Shown: piece after piece, positions 1-12,190 of the stretch | How positions within the stretch are numbered: position 1 is the first letter of the stretch | Layout: the number at the start of each line of letters is the position of its first letter | Assembly (NCBI RefSeq): GCF_004010195.1 | Contig: NC_057719.1 | Coordinates: 73,328,365 to 73,392,364 of the forward strand | Direction: 5' to 3' | Source of the DNA: Chiloscyllium plagiosum | Lineage: Eukaryota | Length of the DNA: 64,000 nt | Notes under the pieces: generated by a model | What the model was told of the DNA's origin: nothing | Database searches by the model: none | The model's input: the letters and a program-made list of their open reading frames with translations, nothing else | Translations under genes and position numbers: made by a program

Positions 1-480
1 TTTAGACGAATTGTACCATTTTTACATATGCCTGGCACTGCTCCTGGATGCCCTCTTGCACTCTGCATTTAACCAGGATTGATGCCCTGGTTTGCGGGTA
101 ATGGGGGAGTGCAGAAATGCTGGGCCGTGAGGTTGCAGATTGTTTTGGGTTATGATTGTGTTGTTGCTGATGTCCACAAAGATTCATGGATGCCCAGTAT
201 TGAGTCGCTAAATCTGTTTAAAGTTGTTCTATTTAGCAACAATGGAGAGTATCCTCAATGAGAAGGTAGGACTTTGTCTCCACAAGGACAATGTGGTGGT
301 TACTGATACTGCAATGGACAGATGGACCTGTGGCAGGCAAATTGGAAAGGATGAGGTCAAGTAAGTTTTTCCATCTTGTTGGTTCCCTGACCACCTGCTG
401 CAGACTCAGTCGAGCAGCAATGTCCTTCAAGACTTAACCAGCATGATGAATGGACCTTGAAAGTCCCTCACCCACAGCAT
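1..480 (-). mobile_element. LINE fragment (CR1/L2 group), APE endonuclease region
   Basis: Minus ORF 233-430 reads QQVVREPTRWKNLLDLILSN...SNHHIVLVET, matching the PTR...LDL...SDH end of LINE endonucleases. Confidence 0.75.
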
Positions 481-987
481 GTTTTGTTGGATGAACTGGA
501 ACTGAGGGGTTGTGTAAAATACATTTCTGGTTGACAACAGGAAGTTGATTGGTCTATGGACTATTGATCAGTTATTGATGATAAAGCCCTTTTGTCTTCC
601 AAAAACCCTATGATTCTTTGGTAACTGAACAGCTTGTGTCTGGAAGCAAGTTAGGGAGAAATGGTTTGAATACTTCCATGTCAGGAACTGTCTCTTTTTA
701 TTTTCTGCAGTCAAATCCATTTTAAACCTGAAGAAACCCAGTTTAACTTCCCTTCATCAGTTGCTGTAAGCAGTGACTTAACAGATAACTCAGAGACCTT
801 TTATAAGCAAACCAGCAAGGTTGTATCTCTCAGCATCTGGAGAAAGATGACTAAAAAGCAATATTTTGACCTTTATAAGAATCCTGTCACCAATCTGTCA
901 ATGGCAACCACTGAACTGTGTCCCAGTTTTCCTCTGCCATAATCTATATTTTTCTGTGTGTGTGTGTGTGAGAGGGGGAGAGAGAGA

Positions 988-1026
<39 letters not shown>

Positions 1027-1289
1027 TTTATAAGGGGATTAGAACTTCAAATGTAGTCGTCTATACCAATGATTCATAACTGTACCTGTAACCAGAGTCT
1101 AATTATTCGTAATGAATAACAATTCTTGTTAAGTACAAAAACTTGATCCATCCTTTCTATCAACCTGAGTCTGAAAATCAAGTAAATTGGGGAATTTTGC
1201 ATATTTATTTTAAAATCTTTAACTTTTGTGATGGCTCCAGCAATACCGGTGGTTAATTTCTAGTGACCTATCTGAATGAGGTGTGACAA
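481..1289. mobile_element. Possible solo LTR containing a (TG)n(AG)n microsatellite
   Basis: Abruptly follows the LINE fragment, ends ...GGTGTGACA, and is non-coding. No convincing TSD found. Confidence 0.3.
955..1027 (+). repeat. (TG)n-(AG)n compound microsatellite
   Basis: Seen directly. Confidence 0.95.
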
Positions 1290-3243
1290 TGGACAGGTCA
1301 GCCCCAACCTCTGCCCTTCCTGTGAGGATGCAGGATTATTCTGCCGCAAATTCTTGGCACAAAAGACCTCCAGAAGGTCTCCAGACACCGACCATTAGAA
1401 AAAGCTGTCAAAAATTATTTTGCTTGTAATTCGAGTGCTGGCCCTTTAAGTAGGGCTAGTGCAGGGCTATCATGCAACCTCCCACTGGACCTTTCAAGAA
1501 TAATGAGCAAATAGGTTCCCATGTCAAGCATCGCCCAAGATTGGTAACCTTGCATCGCATCAGCTCTTTGGCTGCATGGCGTCACAGTAGCTCTGATTAA
1601 AAACCTTCCAGGACTACTTAAGATGAACCTGTGCCCACTCTGCATCTCTAACACTGTGCCTCCATGTTGGAATTGGCCAGTTACATCCCAGGAAGTGACA
1701 GTAGGCATCCTCAGTACCACTGCAGACAGACTACACCACTGGATATGTCCAGACGTTCTCCACAAAATGGAAGTCGAATGGTGTGGGATATACTCGAGAC
1801 AAATTTATAGGAGCACATTAGAATTGTGGAAACTGCAGTATATTTTGCAAAGACAGAGAAAGTAATATAATGGATGATTCTAATTTTAGACCTTTCAGTA
1901 CATTAACACGGTGTGTGTGTATGTTCATCTATGTGCGTTTGTGTGTAAATGTTACACCGAGTCTTGATCCAGTGTGTATTTGTATATATTAAGAACATTG
2001 ACCACAAGCATTCTTGATAAAATGTTCAAAATGCTGACGGCAGGCTGCTGTTCAAAACTCACTTGAAGTACCCATCACTGAATTACGTCACAGCAGTTAC
2101 CAGGGAAACTGCAAATTCTCTTTGCACCTTTTTTCTTAATCTTGTATGAAGATTCTGCAGGAATCAAATAAAAAAATTGGCTTGCTTGTTCTTGGGGTAT
2201 TCAAACAAACGTTGCTGCTAGAATTGCTAATTGACAGATTATACTGGAAGAAATCATTTAGTGATCAAGCATTACACACATCTGGAATTAAAAATGAAAA
2301 TACTTAGCATAGAACCTTGGTCAGCTTCCATGTGGACCATTATGTTTCAGTTTGGATACTCAGTCTTTGGTGATATATAAAAGAAGCATAGTTCAAATTC
2401 ACCATAGTGCTATGATGGATAAAAATGTAAGTTGTATGGGTAGGGCGTAAACAATTGATTGATTTTACCAGGAGCTTTGGAGTATGTTCTAATTGAGGTA
2501 TTTAAATGATCAAGGAGTTTACTGGGCTACATTGTGGAATTCTAAAACAATAAGAAATAATATTAAAATAAGTGATTACTGCTTTTGCACACAAAGCATT
2601 GAACACCTGCCATTGATAGGTTTTTGTTTTGAAAGATTTTGTTAGGGTAACAAGGGATATGTAACAAAGGGTGGGTAAGTAGGCTGGGGACACTAATTAG
2701 CTACGATCTAATTTAGTGGTGGCACAAGTTCGAGGGAATTTATTTCCTGCTCATGTTCATATACAGGGAAAAGCCACACAAGGTTATCAATATTTGCCAA
2801 GAGAAAGGAATGGTTAATGTGCTTCTCTAACGTAAGTTGGATAAGATTGCAATGTTGTCGTCAATGGGACATGCTCATAATATAAGATGAACTTTTCTGA
2901 TTATGTTCTCCATCTGCATTTTACCCTTTGAAAATAATTTGGCTTTGCTGCAGAGAATTCTATAGTGCTAACCAGCAAAAGGAACATATTTCTGTGGGAG
3001 GGCAAGAGTATTGGGTTTAAAAAAATGCTGTAACATTAAGCACAATTAATCAATGTTCCTGTGGCTGGATTTGTTTGCAAGAGCTGGCGTCTGTTATGCT
3101 AGAAACTGCAGGAAACACAATGCCATTGACATTGACGGGATTAATCATTGCCTCTATTCAGGAATGTTTGAGACTGAATTGGATAGCCCCTGAAGAGGGA
3201 TCATGCTGTATCTTTAACCAAGCTGACTGATGCTCTATACTAA

Positions 3244-3432
3244 TGATTTGGAGATGCCGGTGTTGGACTGGGGTGTACAAAGTTAAAAATCTCACAACAC
3301 CAGGTTATAGTCCATTGGGTTTAATTGGAAGCACACTAGCTTTCTATTACCTGATAAAGGAGCATCGCTCCAAAAGCTAGTGTGCTTCCAATTAAACCTG
3401 TTGGACTATAACCTGGTGTTGTGTGATTTTTA
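3244..3432. mobile_element. Short palindromic non-autonomous element (Penelope-like end) with a degenerate hammerhead core
   Basis: ~60-bp inverted arms (~3284-3343 / ~3372-3432) and a 12-bp TSD GCTCTATACTAA at 3232-3243 and 3433-3444. Related copies at ~12095-12190, ~22470-22600 and ~48190-48303. Confidence 0.8.
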
Positions 3433-4959
3433 GCTCTATACTAAGTATTTTCTGTTTTTTTTTTATTCCAGACCTGTGTACTGAATGATCATTAGATGAT
3501 TCTATCCAATTATAATTTGTCAATGCCAGCAGCAAACTTTAGTTAGAATGTCCCATGTACAGGCAAACCAAATTATTAATTGATCCCTACAAAACCTTCA
3601 TACAAGATTAAAAGGTGCAAACTGTATTTATTGATTGATTTTTGTGCTGCCTGTGGATGTCAATGTGCAGCCAAATCTGACCACACAGTTGATTAGCAAA
3701 TGTCATGTCAGGTGAGGTTGTGATTAGAATGGGTACTTACACCTCTCAAAGGGAATATGCATTGAGATGGGTGTCGGAGAGTCTGCTGGAAGTGAACCCA
3801 TCCTGGGAAGCAGTAATGAATAGCTCAGCATTGGTGATAACAAGCTCCAAGTTTGTTGGACATATAACAGAGGCCTTTGAGGAGAGGGGGAATGTACTTC
3901 AATGAATAGGAACAGGCTGAAACTGCAGTGGCTGAAATAGAAGGTGCAGATGTGTCATTGTATATCAACAAATGCAAGACTAGAAAAGCATGTAAATACT
4001 TTCTTTAGTTCTGTCCTTCACTACACCTTTACTGAACAAATAACATGCTCGAATTGAATGGTTGCTTAAAGATGAAGATTGGAAACTAAGAGAAAAACTT
4101 TTCAAGACAGAAAACTAGCATGTTAATAGCCATTAGGAAAATGACTGAAAACAAATATAAATTATCAGAGTATGGTCACCCTCTGTCATTTTTGGAATCT
4201 GAATGATCTAGCTCGTGGAAGAATTAAGAGGATGTATACAGATGGGATATCGGCCTACCAAAGAGAAAATAAAGTGTGGCATTGTTATGATCACATCCTA
4301 CAAAAAGAATGATCAAGTGTATTTTGTGAGATGGCCATCAGTCAATGATTCGTGTTGAAGGATTGGACCTTGTGTTCGATTTCCTTCTCGTAATCCACAA
4401 GAAGGATGATATGCAGTCGGCTTTTGGTAAATTATGGGAAACAACTAATCATACAGATTGTATGAAAAGCTGATGAAATTCAACTTGGGGGATCTATGGG
4501 TTGGAATTAGTATTTAGACTACTGGGTGGTGCAAAGGAGTAATATACGGATGTGATTGTCTTTAACTTGTGCTGGGTGTCTGGGAAAGGGCACCCTGTTG
4601 GGTCAGATCCCTTAATAAAAATTCACTGGACATCTGTCATTTCCAACAGTATTCATGAAACATATGAATCATTCCATGATGATATAAATGACAGAAGACT
4701 CAATGATTACCACATTTCAAATACTCCACTTCCAGGTATCAATGGCAATCTAATGGAAGGATTAAAGGCAGACAATGAGGATAAAAACACCTTTAACATA
4801 TTTGGTTATCGTTACAAAAAAACAAAATTGGAACACAAATATTACAGGCAAATGAATTCCAGGATTCCTCAGGAACAGTTAATTGATGTTTCAAGTGTGT
4901 CTTCTGAGGATCATTATGTGGTGAAATGACCAAGTTGAAGGAGCAGTATGCTCAAATAA

Positions 4960-5231
4960 GATTAAATTACTTAGTGTGGAAACAGGCCCTTCGGCCCAAC
5001 AAGTCCACACCGACCCGCAACTCACCCAGACCCATTCCCCTAACACTACAGGCAATTTAGCATGGCCAATTCACCTAACCTGCACATTTTTGGATTGTGG
5101 GAGGAAACCCTCCGGGCAGACACGAGGAGAATGTGCAAACTCCACACAGAGAGTCACCTGAGGTAGGAATTGAACCCGGGTCTCTGGCGCTGTGAGGCAG
5201 CAGTGCTAACCATTGTGCCACCGTGCTGCCC
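4960..5231 (-). mobile_element. HE1-type tRNA-derived V-SINE
   Basis: Minus strand has a Pol III A/B-box head (GGTTCAATTCC), the V-domain TGTGTGGAGTTTGCACATTCTCC, and a CR1-like tail. Confidence 0.9.
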
Positions 5232-5627
5232 ACATAACACATAGATAAAGAGGCTTCTGATAGATAAAAATAATGATGAATTCAAACAAATTACACTGGT
5301 CACAGGAATCTTTAGTCCAGTAATAAATGTGTTAATCATGGGGTCCTTTTACTGGATAGTACTTGTATTTTCAAAATGGTCTAAATATCTCAATTGGGCT
5401 TAGAATCCCTTTTTTTCTGACTCAAGTTAGACAAAACATTGCTGACGTTTCCAGAAGTTTTCAGCCAAATCTCTGAGACACCAAAGCAGTCCAGCAAACT
5501 ACACAAGCAACAGCCTAATAGATTGCCTTTGTAAACATGCCTTTTTGTGGCAGCAGGGCCTATTCCAGGCTCCCGAGCCACTTTGACATGTGTAAACTAA
5601 GTGAGCATTAGGGTGGTACTGCTACAT

Positions 5628-5712
5628 TAGGAATGATGAAGGGCTTATGCCTGAAATGTCGACACTCCTGCTCCTTGGATGCTGCCTGACCTCCAGTGCC
5701 ACACTTTGACTC
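5628..5712 (+). mobile_element. Short repeat of the family also at 47821 and 39540, with a degenerate hammerhead core
   Basis: TGATGAAGGGCTTATGCCTGAAATGTCGAC...GGATGCTGCCTGACC matches 47821-47916. Confidence 0.7.
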
Positions 5713-6130
5713 ATAGCATGCAAACTGAACCTTTGGTCCAATTTCTCCATGCCAACCAAGTTTCCCAAACTAAACTAGTCCCACCTGCCTGCATTTGGCC
5801 CATATCTCTCTAAACGTTTCCAAACATCTTTTAAATGTTGTAACTGTACCTATATCTACTACTTCCTCTGGCAGTTCATTACATATACGAGATCCTCTGT
5901 GTGGAAAACATTGTCCCTCCAATCCCTTTAAAATCTTTCTGCTCTCACCTTACAAATAGGTCCCAAGATTTTAAATTTCCCCCACCTTAGGGAAAAGGCT
6001 TTTACTATCAACTTTATCTATGCCCCTCAAGATTTTATAAATCTCTATAAGGTCATCCCTCAATCTCCTGTGCTTTAGTGAAAGACGTCCCAGCCTCTCC
6101 TTAAAACTCAAGCCCTTCATTCCTGGTGTT
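5713..6130 (-). mobile_element. CR1/HER1 LINE 3' fragment
   Basis: Minus ORF reads GLSFKERLGRL...RRLRDDLIEIYKILRGID, the CR1 ORF2 C-terminus. Confidence 0.9.
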
Positions 6131-6404
6131 GGTACGTTCAGCATCAGTGAGACGGTTGGGGGAGAGGTCTCCATTTTATAGCCATCACCGATTTTAATAC
6201 TACTAACTTTTCCTAGATAACTATTCGTAAGTTGGAAGCTTCTGAAGTCTCCAACTTTAACTCGAGTTGGTAATATTTTCAGTGGGCTTCAGATCCTTGC
6301 CCATCAGAAGATTGAACTTTATGAGCAATTTCAGTGTACAGTCAATATTTTGCACTTTGGAGAGATCTCAATGCACACCATTCAAATTATAAATGGAAGA
6401 TCTG

Positions 6405-7850
6405 GGCCATTATGTGGGACGGACATGTTTAAGATGCTATTGTATTTTGTTTCACTAAATAGTGACAATAAACACATGAATGAAGAACATAAAGGTTTAC
6501 TCACATTAGGTTTGATGATAACACATTGTGGTCACTGAGTGAATACCGACTTAGTCTCGGTGGGATACTGATCTTTTGAGTATGAAAATGGCACAAAAGA
6601 AACTTGGAAATGAACATGATTGTTGGAAAATCTGTTGATATGCTCAGAGTGTGAGATTGGCAAGTGCTGGAGTTCATTCATATAATTATCCAGAAAGTGT
6701 ACGAGGATTTTCCAGGATAATTATCCAAGTTAGTGTGTCTGAAGCATCCAAAGTCTCTGGCTCTAACCCAGGGTCTTTTCTGGAGTGTCGCAAATAGAAG
6801 GGGAATTGCCCATTGGAAACAAAGTTCCTGGGAAATTCCCATGGAGGCAACAAGTCAGGACATCTATAGGATTCCAACTTGTACTTCTGATTGTCCAAAT
6901 GCTGTCTTGACACAAATTGATGTTTCTCATTGGAGTGTGAAACAAGTATCGATAGCATCAGATGATAAAAATCAGAGTGAAACAAATTATCTGAGAGTTA
7001 CATCAATAATTTGCTCATCCTACTTGTCAAAGATTAAAGATCTTTGAAAAGGTGCAGTTAATGAGGAGAATGCAAGACATGTAGAAGCCATTTGTAAACC
7101 TTCCGTTAACATGTCATTTAGCAAGGTTGTTGCCATTGCTTTATGCATATGGGACAAACACTGAATTGTTTTCATATTTTGTGCAGCTGGTGACCAGGTA
7201 TAGTTTCTCTACAATATTATTTGGTAAGGATGAACGGGTTTTTGGTAAAAGAGTGGAGAAGTGGATAGGAGTCGAACTTGGGTCACTAGCAAAGTTCCTT
7301 AATGATGATGATGGCCAATTTGTAAATAATGAGTTAATTGTGAAAAGATAAACATTGTGATCATGAATGATGCACTTGGCAGTCTTTTGAGTAATGGACC
7401 TTGTGAAAGGAAATCATATGGTGATTGATGAATTGTAACATAAAATTTCAGCTCATCAGCTAGACTGTAGCAGCTGCCTTGACATGGGCTGTTCATGCAA
7501 AGAATTCACTCCAGATGATCAAAGGATTTGGTCCCAATTAGTTAGTCTATGGGCAAAGTTTCAAATTACCCTCTGTTTCAAGCAATAGTCCACCTGCAGC
7601 AGAAGGTATGAAAATTAGTTCAATATTTTACTGCTTATTTGAATGTTTTGCATGCCGGGTCTTTTATCGGACAGAGGCCTGAGAGACAATTTGGAGGGCA
7701 TGATGTAAAACTGTCCACAAGAAACTTGAATTCAGGAGATTTAGGACACAATAAAAAAGAACGTCACTGGGATTGGTAACAGGCCATGATGATAAGACAG
7801 TGCACATTAAGCATGGTAACCAAATTGTGAAGCTTCCTCACCATTACTCG
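6405..7850 (+). mobile_element. Decayed Ty1/Copia (GalEa-like) protease-integrase region
   Basis: Hand translation across stops and frameshifts: LHQ*FAHPTCQRLKDL (~6998-7045), VVAIALCIWDK (~7126), KWIG..LGSLAKFLNDDDGQFVNNE (~7258-7333), SNGPCER (~7390), TWAVHAKNSLQMIKGFGPN*LVYG (~7482-7553), PPAAEG...YLNVLHA. Confidence 0.7.
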
Positions 7851-8171
7851 GAATTAATTACAAAATCTTTGATTTGAGCAGCTGATACAAGTAGACAAGA
7901 TACGTTCCATCTCATCGGCTTCTTCTTTTGTTGTCAGGAACACATTATATAGATCAAGTGCTGTTTTTTGCTGATGTGAGCGATCATTGATACACATGGC
8001 GGAGCTTTCACATTCATAGGTCAATGAACTTATCCTCCCTACACAGTGGGTGCTCAGGAAAACGAGCACATACCAGAGAAAAAGGCCTTTGATAGTGTGG
8101 GATAGGTTTTATAGTCATTGCCTCAACAGACAGGCACAGAAGTAGAAATAAATGGTGAAGGTTGAACAACT

Positions 8172-8512
8172 TAGAATCATGGAATCCCTACAGTGTGGAA
8201 ACAGACCATTTGGCCCAACAAGTCCACACCAATGCTCCAAAGAGTAACTCACCCAGACCCATTCCCCTACCCTATTACTCTACATTTCTCCTGAATGAAT
8301 GCACCTAACTTACACATCCCTGAACAGTATGAGCAATTTAGCATGGCCAATTCACCTAACCTGCACTTCTTTGGATTGTGGGAGGAAACCGGGACCACCC
8401 AGAAGAAAACCATGCAGACACAGAGGGAACGTGCAAACTCCATACAGACTGGAATCAAATCTGGGACCCTGGTGCTGTGAGGCAGCAATGCCAACCACTG
8501 TGCCACCATGCT
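8172..8512 (-). mobile_element. HE1-type V-SINE
   Basis: Same head, V-domain and tail as the other copies. Confidence 0.9.
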
Positions 8513-8929
8513 GGAAGTCTTAGAATACCACAGAACACAATGTGAAACAGAAGTCCACATTGCTCATGGAGGCTTAATAGCTTCCAATGAGTCTAAGGAT
8601 GAACTAGTAAGAGAGGCAAGGCAAAGGAAGTGAACTAGTTGGAAAGAGTTTAGAGTTTATGTTGAGGTACCAGATAAGAGTAAAGTGGTGGAATTGTACC
8701 AGAAAAGGTCCTTGAACATAAAAGCAACTCACCAAGTCCCCTCCAGCAGCAACTCCCACACCACAACCTGTCCCTCCTGGAAAGACACATCAACAGGTGG
8801 GAGCACCACCACCTGCAGATCAGTCCACCTCCACGCAACATACCATCTGAATTTGGAATTATATCATAACTCCCTTCACTGGTACTGCTATCAACATAGC
8901 ACAGATAATTCTTTTCACAAAAAAAAAGA

Positions 8930-9105
8930 CTGCCAATGCTGGAAGTTGAAAACACAAGTAGAAAAACTCAGCAGATCTGGCAGCATCTGTGGAGAGAAAG
9001 CAGAGTTAACGTTTCAGGTCCAGTCTTGAAGAAAGGGTCTCTGGACCCAAAAATTCTGCTCTGTCTCCCAGACCAGCTGGGTTTCTCCAGCAGTTTCTGT
9101 TTGTG
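8930..9105. mobile_element. Short imperfect-palindrome element. Related pieces at ~17255-17362, ~25511-25640, ~27390-27465 and ~37370-37495
   Basis: Shared motif CTCAGCAG(A/G)TCTGGCAGCATCTGTGGA and its reverse complement recur at these sites. Confidence 0.7.
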
Positions 9106-9371
9106 TGTTGTTTGTTGGCTGAGCCACTTTGTGGAAGCTTCCCTTTAGTTACCCCTTCTTGTCATAAATGGATGCAGGGCCATAGTGTTTAGTCTTACTC
9201 CTGATCCAAGTATCATTAGTGGAGTAATGTGAATGAATTCAATGAAAATGGGTGCAGCAGCAAAAAGCTGTACAGTGAAGTAGCAGCAGTCAACCTTGAT
9301 ACAAATATTAAACTTCACTGGTGCATGCTCTACTAATGACTTGTCTTCATTCACTGGAACTATAGGATAGG

Positions 9372-10045
9372 AGACTGAGGGGGCAACCTTATAGAGGTTT
9401 ATAAAATCATGAGGGGCATAGGTTAGATAGATAGCCAACAGATTAGATTCACAAGAAGAGATTAAGTTAGATTTCCTACAGTACGTAAACAGGCCCTTTG
9501 GCCCAACAAATCCACACCGAATCTCTGAAGAGTAAACCACCCAGGTCCATTTCCCTACCATATATTTACCAAGGCTAATGCACCTAGTACCATAGGCACT
9601 TTAACATGGCCAATTCACCTAATTTGCACATCTTTGGACGGTGGGAGGAAACCCACGTAGACACGGGGAGAATGTGCAAACTCCACACAGACAGTCGCCC
9701 GAGGCTGGAACCGAATCTGGATCCCTGGTGCTGTGAGGCAACAGTGCTAACCACTGAGCCATTGTGCCACCCTCAGCCTTTTGTCACGATAGGGGTGTCA
9801 AAAACTAAAGGGCATAGGTTTAAGATGAGAGAAAAGAGATACAAAGTGGTCAGAGAGAGTGTTTGGTACGGGCTGCCAGACGTTGTGGTGGAGGCGAATA
9901 CAATTTTGCCACTTAGAAATATTTGGACATGGATGGGATAGGCATGGACCAAATGCAGGCAAATGAAGCGAGTTTCATTTTGAAAACTGGGCAGCAAGGA
10001 CAAGTTGGGCGGAAGGGCCTGTTTCCATGCTGTAAACCTCTAACT
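9372..10045 (+). mobile_element. CR1 3' fragment interrupted by a SINE
   Basis: RGNLIEVYKIMRG-like sequence before 9445, then KTKGHRFKMR...LPDVVVEA and the CR1 3' UTR after 9773. Confidence 0.8.
9466..9772 (-). mobile_element. HE1-type V-SINE nested in CR1
   Basis: Full SINE in the opposite orientation to the host LINE. Confidence 0.9.
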
Positions 10046-10194
10046 TTATCTGCTAGATAATATTGCACAGACGAGCTATCCATGGTGCAATGATTTGACT
10101 GAACATGTTCTCTGCCGTTCTTTTCAAACAATCGGTGAAGCTGGGGTCTTGCTTGCCACAAGATCAGCTATAGAAGTAAACTTCAGAATGCTTA

Positions 10195-10657
10195 AAGTCA
10201 CAGAATCATAGTGTTATACAGCACAGAAACAGATTCTTCAGTCCAACTTGTCCATGCCAACCAGATCTCCTGTATAAATCTAGCCCCATTTGGTAGCATT
10301 TAGCCCATTTCCCTCTAAACCCTTCCTATTCATTGACTCAACCAGATGCCTTTAAAATGTTGTAACCATATCAGCCGCCTCCTGGCAGCTCAATCTATAC
10401 ATGCACCACCCTCTGAGTGAAAAAGCTGCCTCTCAGGGCCCTTTTTAATTTTTCCCCTTTCACCTTAAACCTATGCCCTCTAATTTTGCAGTCCCTCACC
10501 TCAAATAGGAAAAGACTTTGCCTATTTACCCTATCCGTGCACCTCATGATTTATAAATCTCTGTAAGGTCACCCCTTAGACTCCGACACTCCAGGCAAAA
10601 TAGTCCCAGTCTATTCAGCCTTTCCCTATCACTCAAACTCTCCAACCCTGGCAACAT
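10195..10657 (-). mobile_element. CR1/HER1 LINE 3' fragment
   Basis: Closely similar to 15762-16370 and to the reverse complement of 20710-21034. Confidence 0.9.
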
Positions 10658-11393
10658 GTCAAAATAATATAAATTTCTTCTAAATCGAAGAAGCTTTTCC
10701 CAGCACAGTCTCGAAATCTGATTCTGCTCAGAGAGAGAATTCTCAGCACGACAGCACCATATATCTCATGGGATATCAAAAAAGTTAAAATGGGAATAGT
10801 TGTTAAAAATGAAACCTATACTTTTATCCATTAAATTGAAGAACTAATGCAGTCAGGCATGATCTCAGTACGGATGTAGGTTGGATCATTTGCTTGATCG
10901 TTTATTTCACCAAGTAATAATGAGTAAGTGCAGGGATTTGGTATTTAGTCTAATCCTGGTCCCAGTAATGCTGACTAGGTGTATTGTAAAATAAAAGTAA
11001 ATCCAGAATTTAAAATAACAATTATTAAGATAACAGAATTTTAAACTTGCAACACACTTGATGTGTAGAATTCTGTCTAGACAGGCTTTGCTCTGAGTTG
11101 TCCTCATTCTAGCTGTCCCCTAGTTCTACCCTATCACTTCCCCTTAATGTTTTGATAACTTCCAGCCAATTACATCTTATCATTTTGAATTTCAGGGGGC
11201 TTAATCCTAATTGTACTTCCTTTAGTCACCTAACTGCTAATCTCTAGAGTAATCTCTCCAGCTGTCTCTCTTGCCTCCAGCCAAACGTCTGTAAAATCTA
11301 CCTCTTTGATCATTTTTTTGTTAGCTGTCCTTTATGTCCCCCTTAAATTTGTGCCATGTTTTGTTTCATAATGCTCCTTTTAAAGAGACTTCG

Positions 11394-11812
11394 TGATGGT
11401 AATGAGATCAGCCAGGTAGACCTCAGAGAATGTGAGTTCCCTGATTAGTGATGTTAATCTGGTACAATCAGGGAGCCTGGCTGACAGATAAGAACAGGAG
11501 TGTTAGGCAGTAGTGTGGGGGTAATGAAAAAAGAGAAAAAAAACAGGAGTGTAATAGGTTCTGTTCACTCTGAGAGCTGGCTCTTGAGGGAGCTGGACCA
11601 GTGTCAAGGACTCTCCTTGTTTGTATCAAGAGGAGGGGACTGATTCTGAACTAGCTGGCCCACAGTCAGTGGGGAAAAAAAGAACAGGAGTGTTCAAGGT
11701 TCTATTCATTGTGAGAGCTGACTCTGAGGAAGCTGGATCAGTGTCAAGGGCTCTCCATGTGTAAATAAAAGAGGACTTATTGATGGGATACTCGCCTCTG
11801 TGGAATTATTTC
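11394..11812 (+). mobile_element. Probable solo LTR with an internal ~75-bp direct duplication
   Basis: 11542-11616 is repeated at 11683-11757. AATAAA at ~11764, TG start, non-coding. Confidence 0.45.
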
Positions 11813-11992
11813 CGATAGGCTTTTATTTGTTAGAGTTTATATAATGCCTCTTAATTTAAGAATTGAAGGACAGAATGCCATTCTGATAAAACATTTGGAA
11901 CCCTACTTTCCAAGGGCCATGTTATCCCTCCAAAGGTGCAATGCCCAGGACCTCTCCTGACATTCAAGTGTGCATTACCCATGGCTTTGTTT

Positions 11993-12042
11993 GGGGGTGG
12001 GGGGTGGGGTGAGGGTGGGGGGGGGGGGGGGGGGGCAATGGG
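11993..12042 (+). repeat. G-rich low-complexity tract / poly-G
   Basis: Seen directly. G-quadruplex-capable by composition. Confidence 0.9.
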
Positions 12043-12094
12043 GACAGAATCATAAGACACCTTACGATCTTATGTCACCTTATGTGTTATGATC

Positions 12095-12190
12095 CTGCTC
12101 CACTAGCTACCTGATGAAGGAACAGCGCTCTGAAAGCTAGTACTTCCAAATAAACCTGTTGGACTATAATCTGGTGTTGTGTGATTTTTG
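12095..12190 (+). mobile_element. Short element with a minimal hammerhead-like core (family of 3244)
   Basis: TAC-CTGATGA-A-GGAACAGCGCTCT-GAAA-GCTA-GTA at 12108-12142. Confidence 0.7.

Noticed and set aside
1415..1865. Overlapping ORFs and a frame ending WDILETNL* resembling a PDZ-binding C-terminus
   Set aside because: That frame has stops just upstream, there is no clear splice acceptor, and no homology is recognised.
3450..3565. Strong poly-T acceptor TTTTTTATTCCAG at ~3470
   Set aside because: Stops occur in all frames within ~25 nt and there is no good donor.
4552..4929. 125-aa ORF
   Set aside because: GTG start, no recognisable motif, and it lies among decayed retroelement sequence.
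11851..12060. Poly-proline ORF
   Set aside because: Produced by the poly-G tract on the opposite strand.
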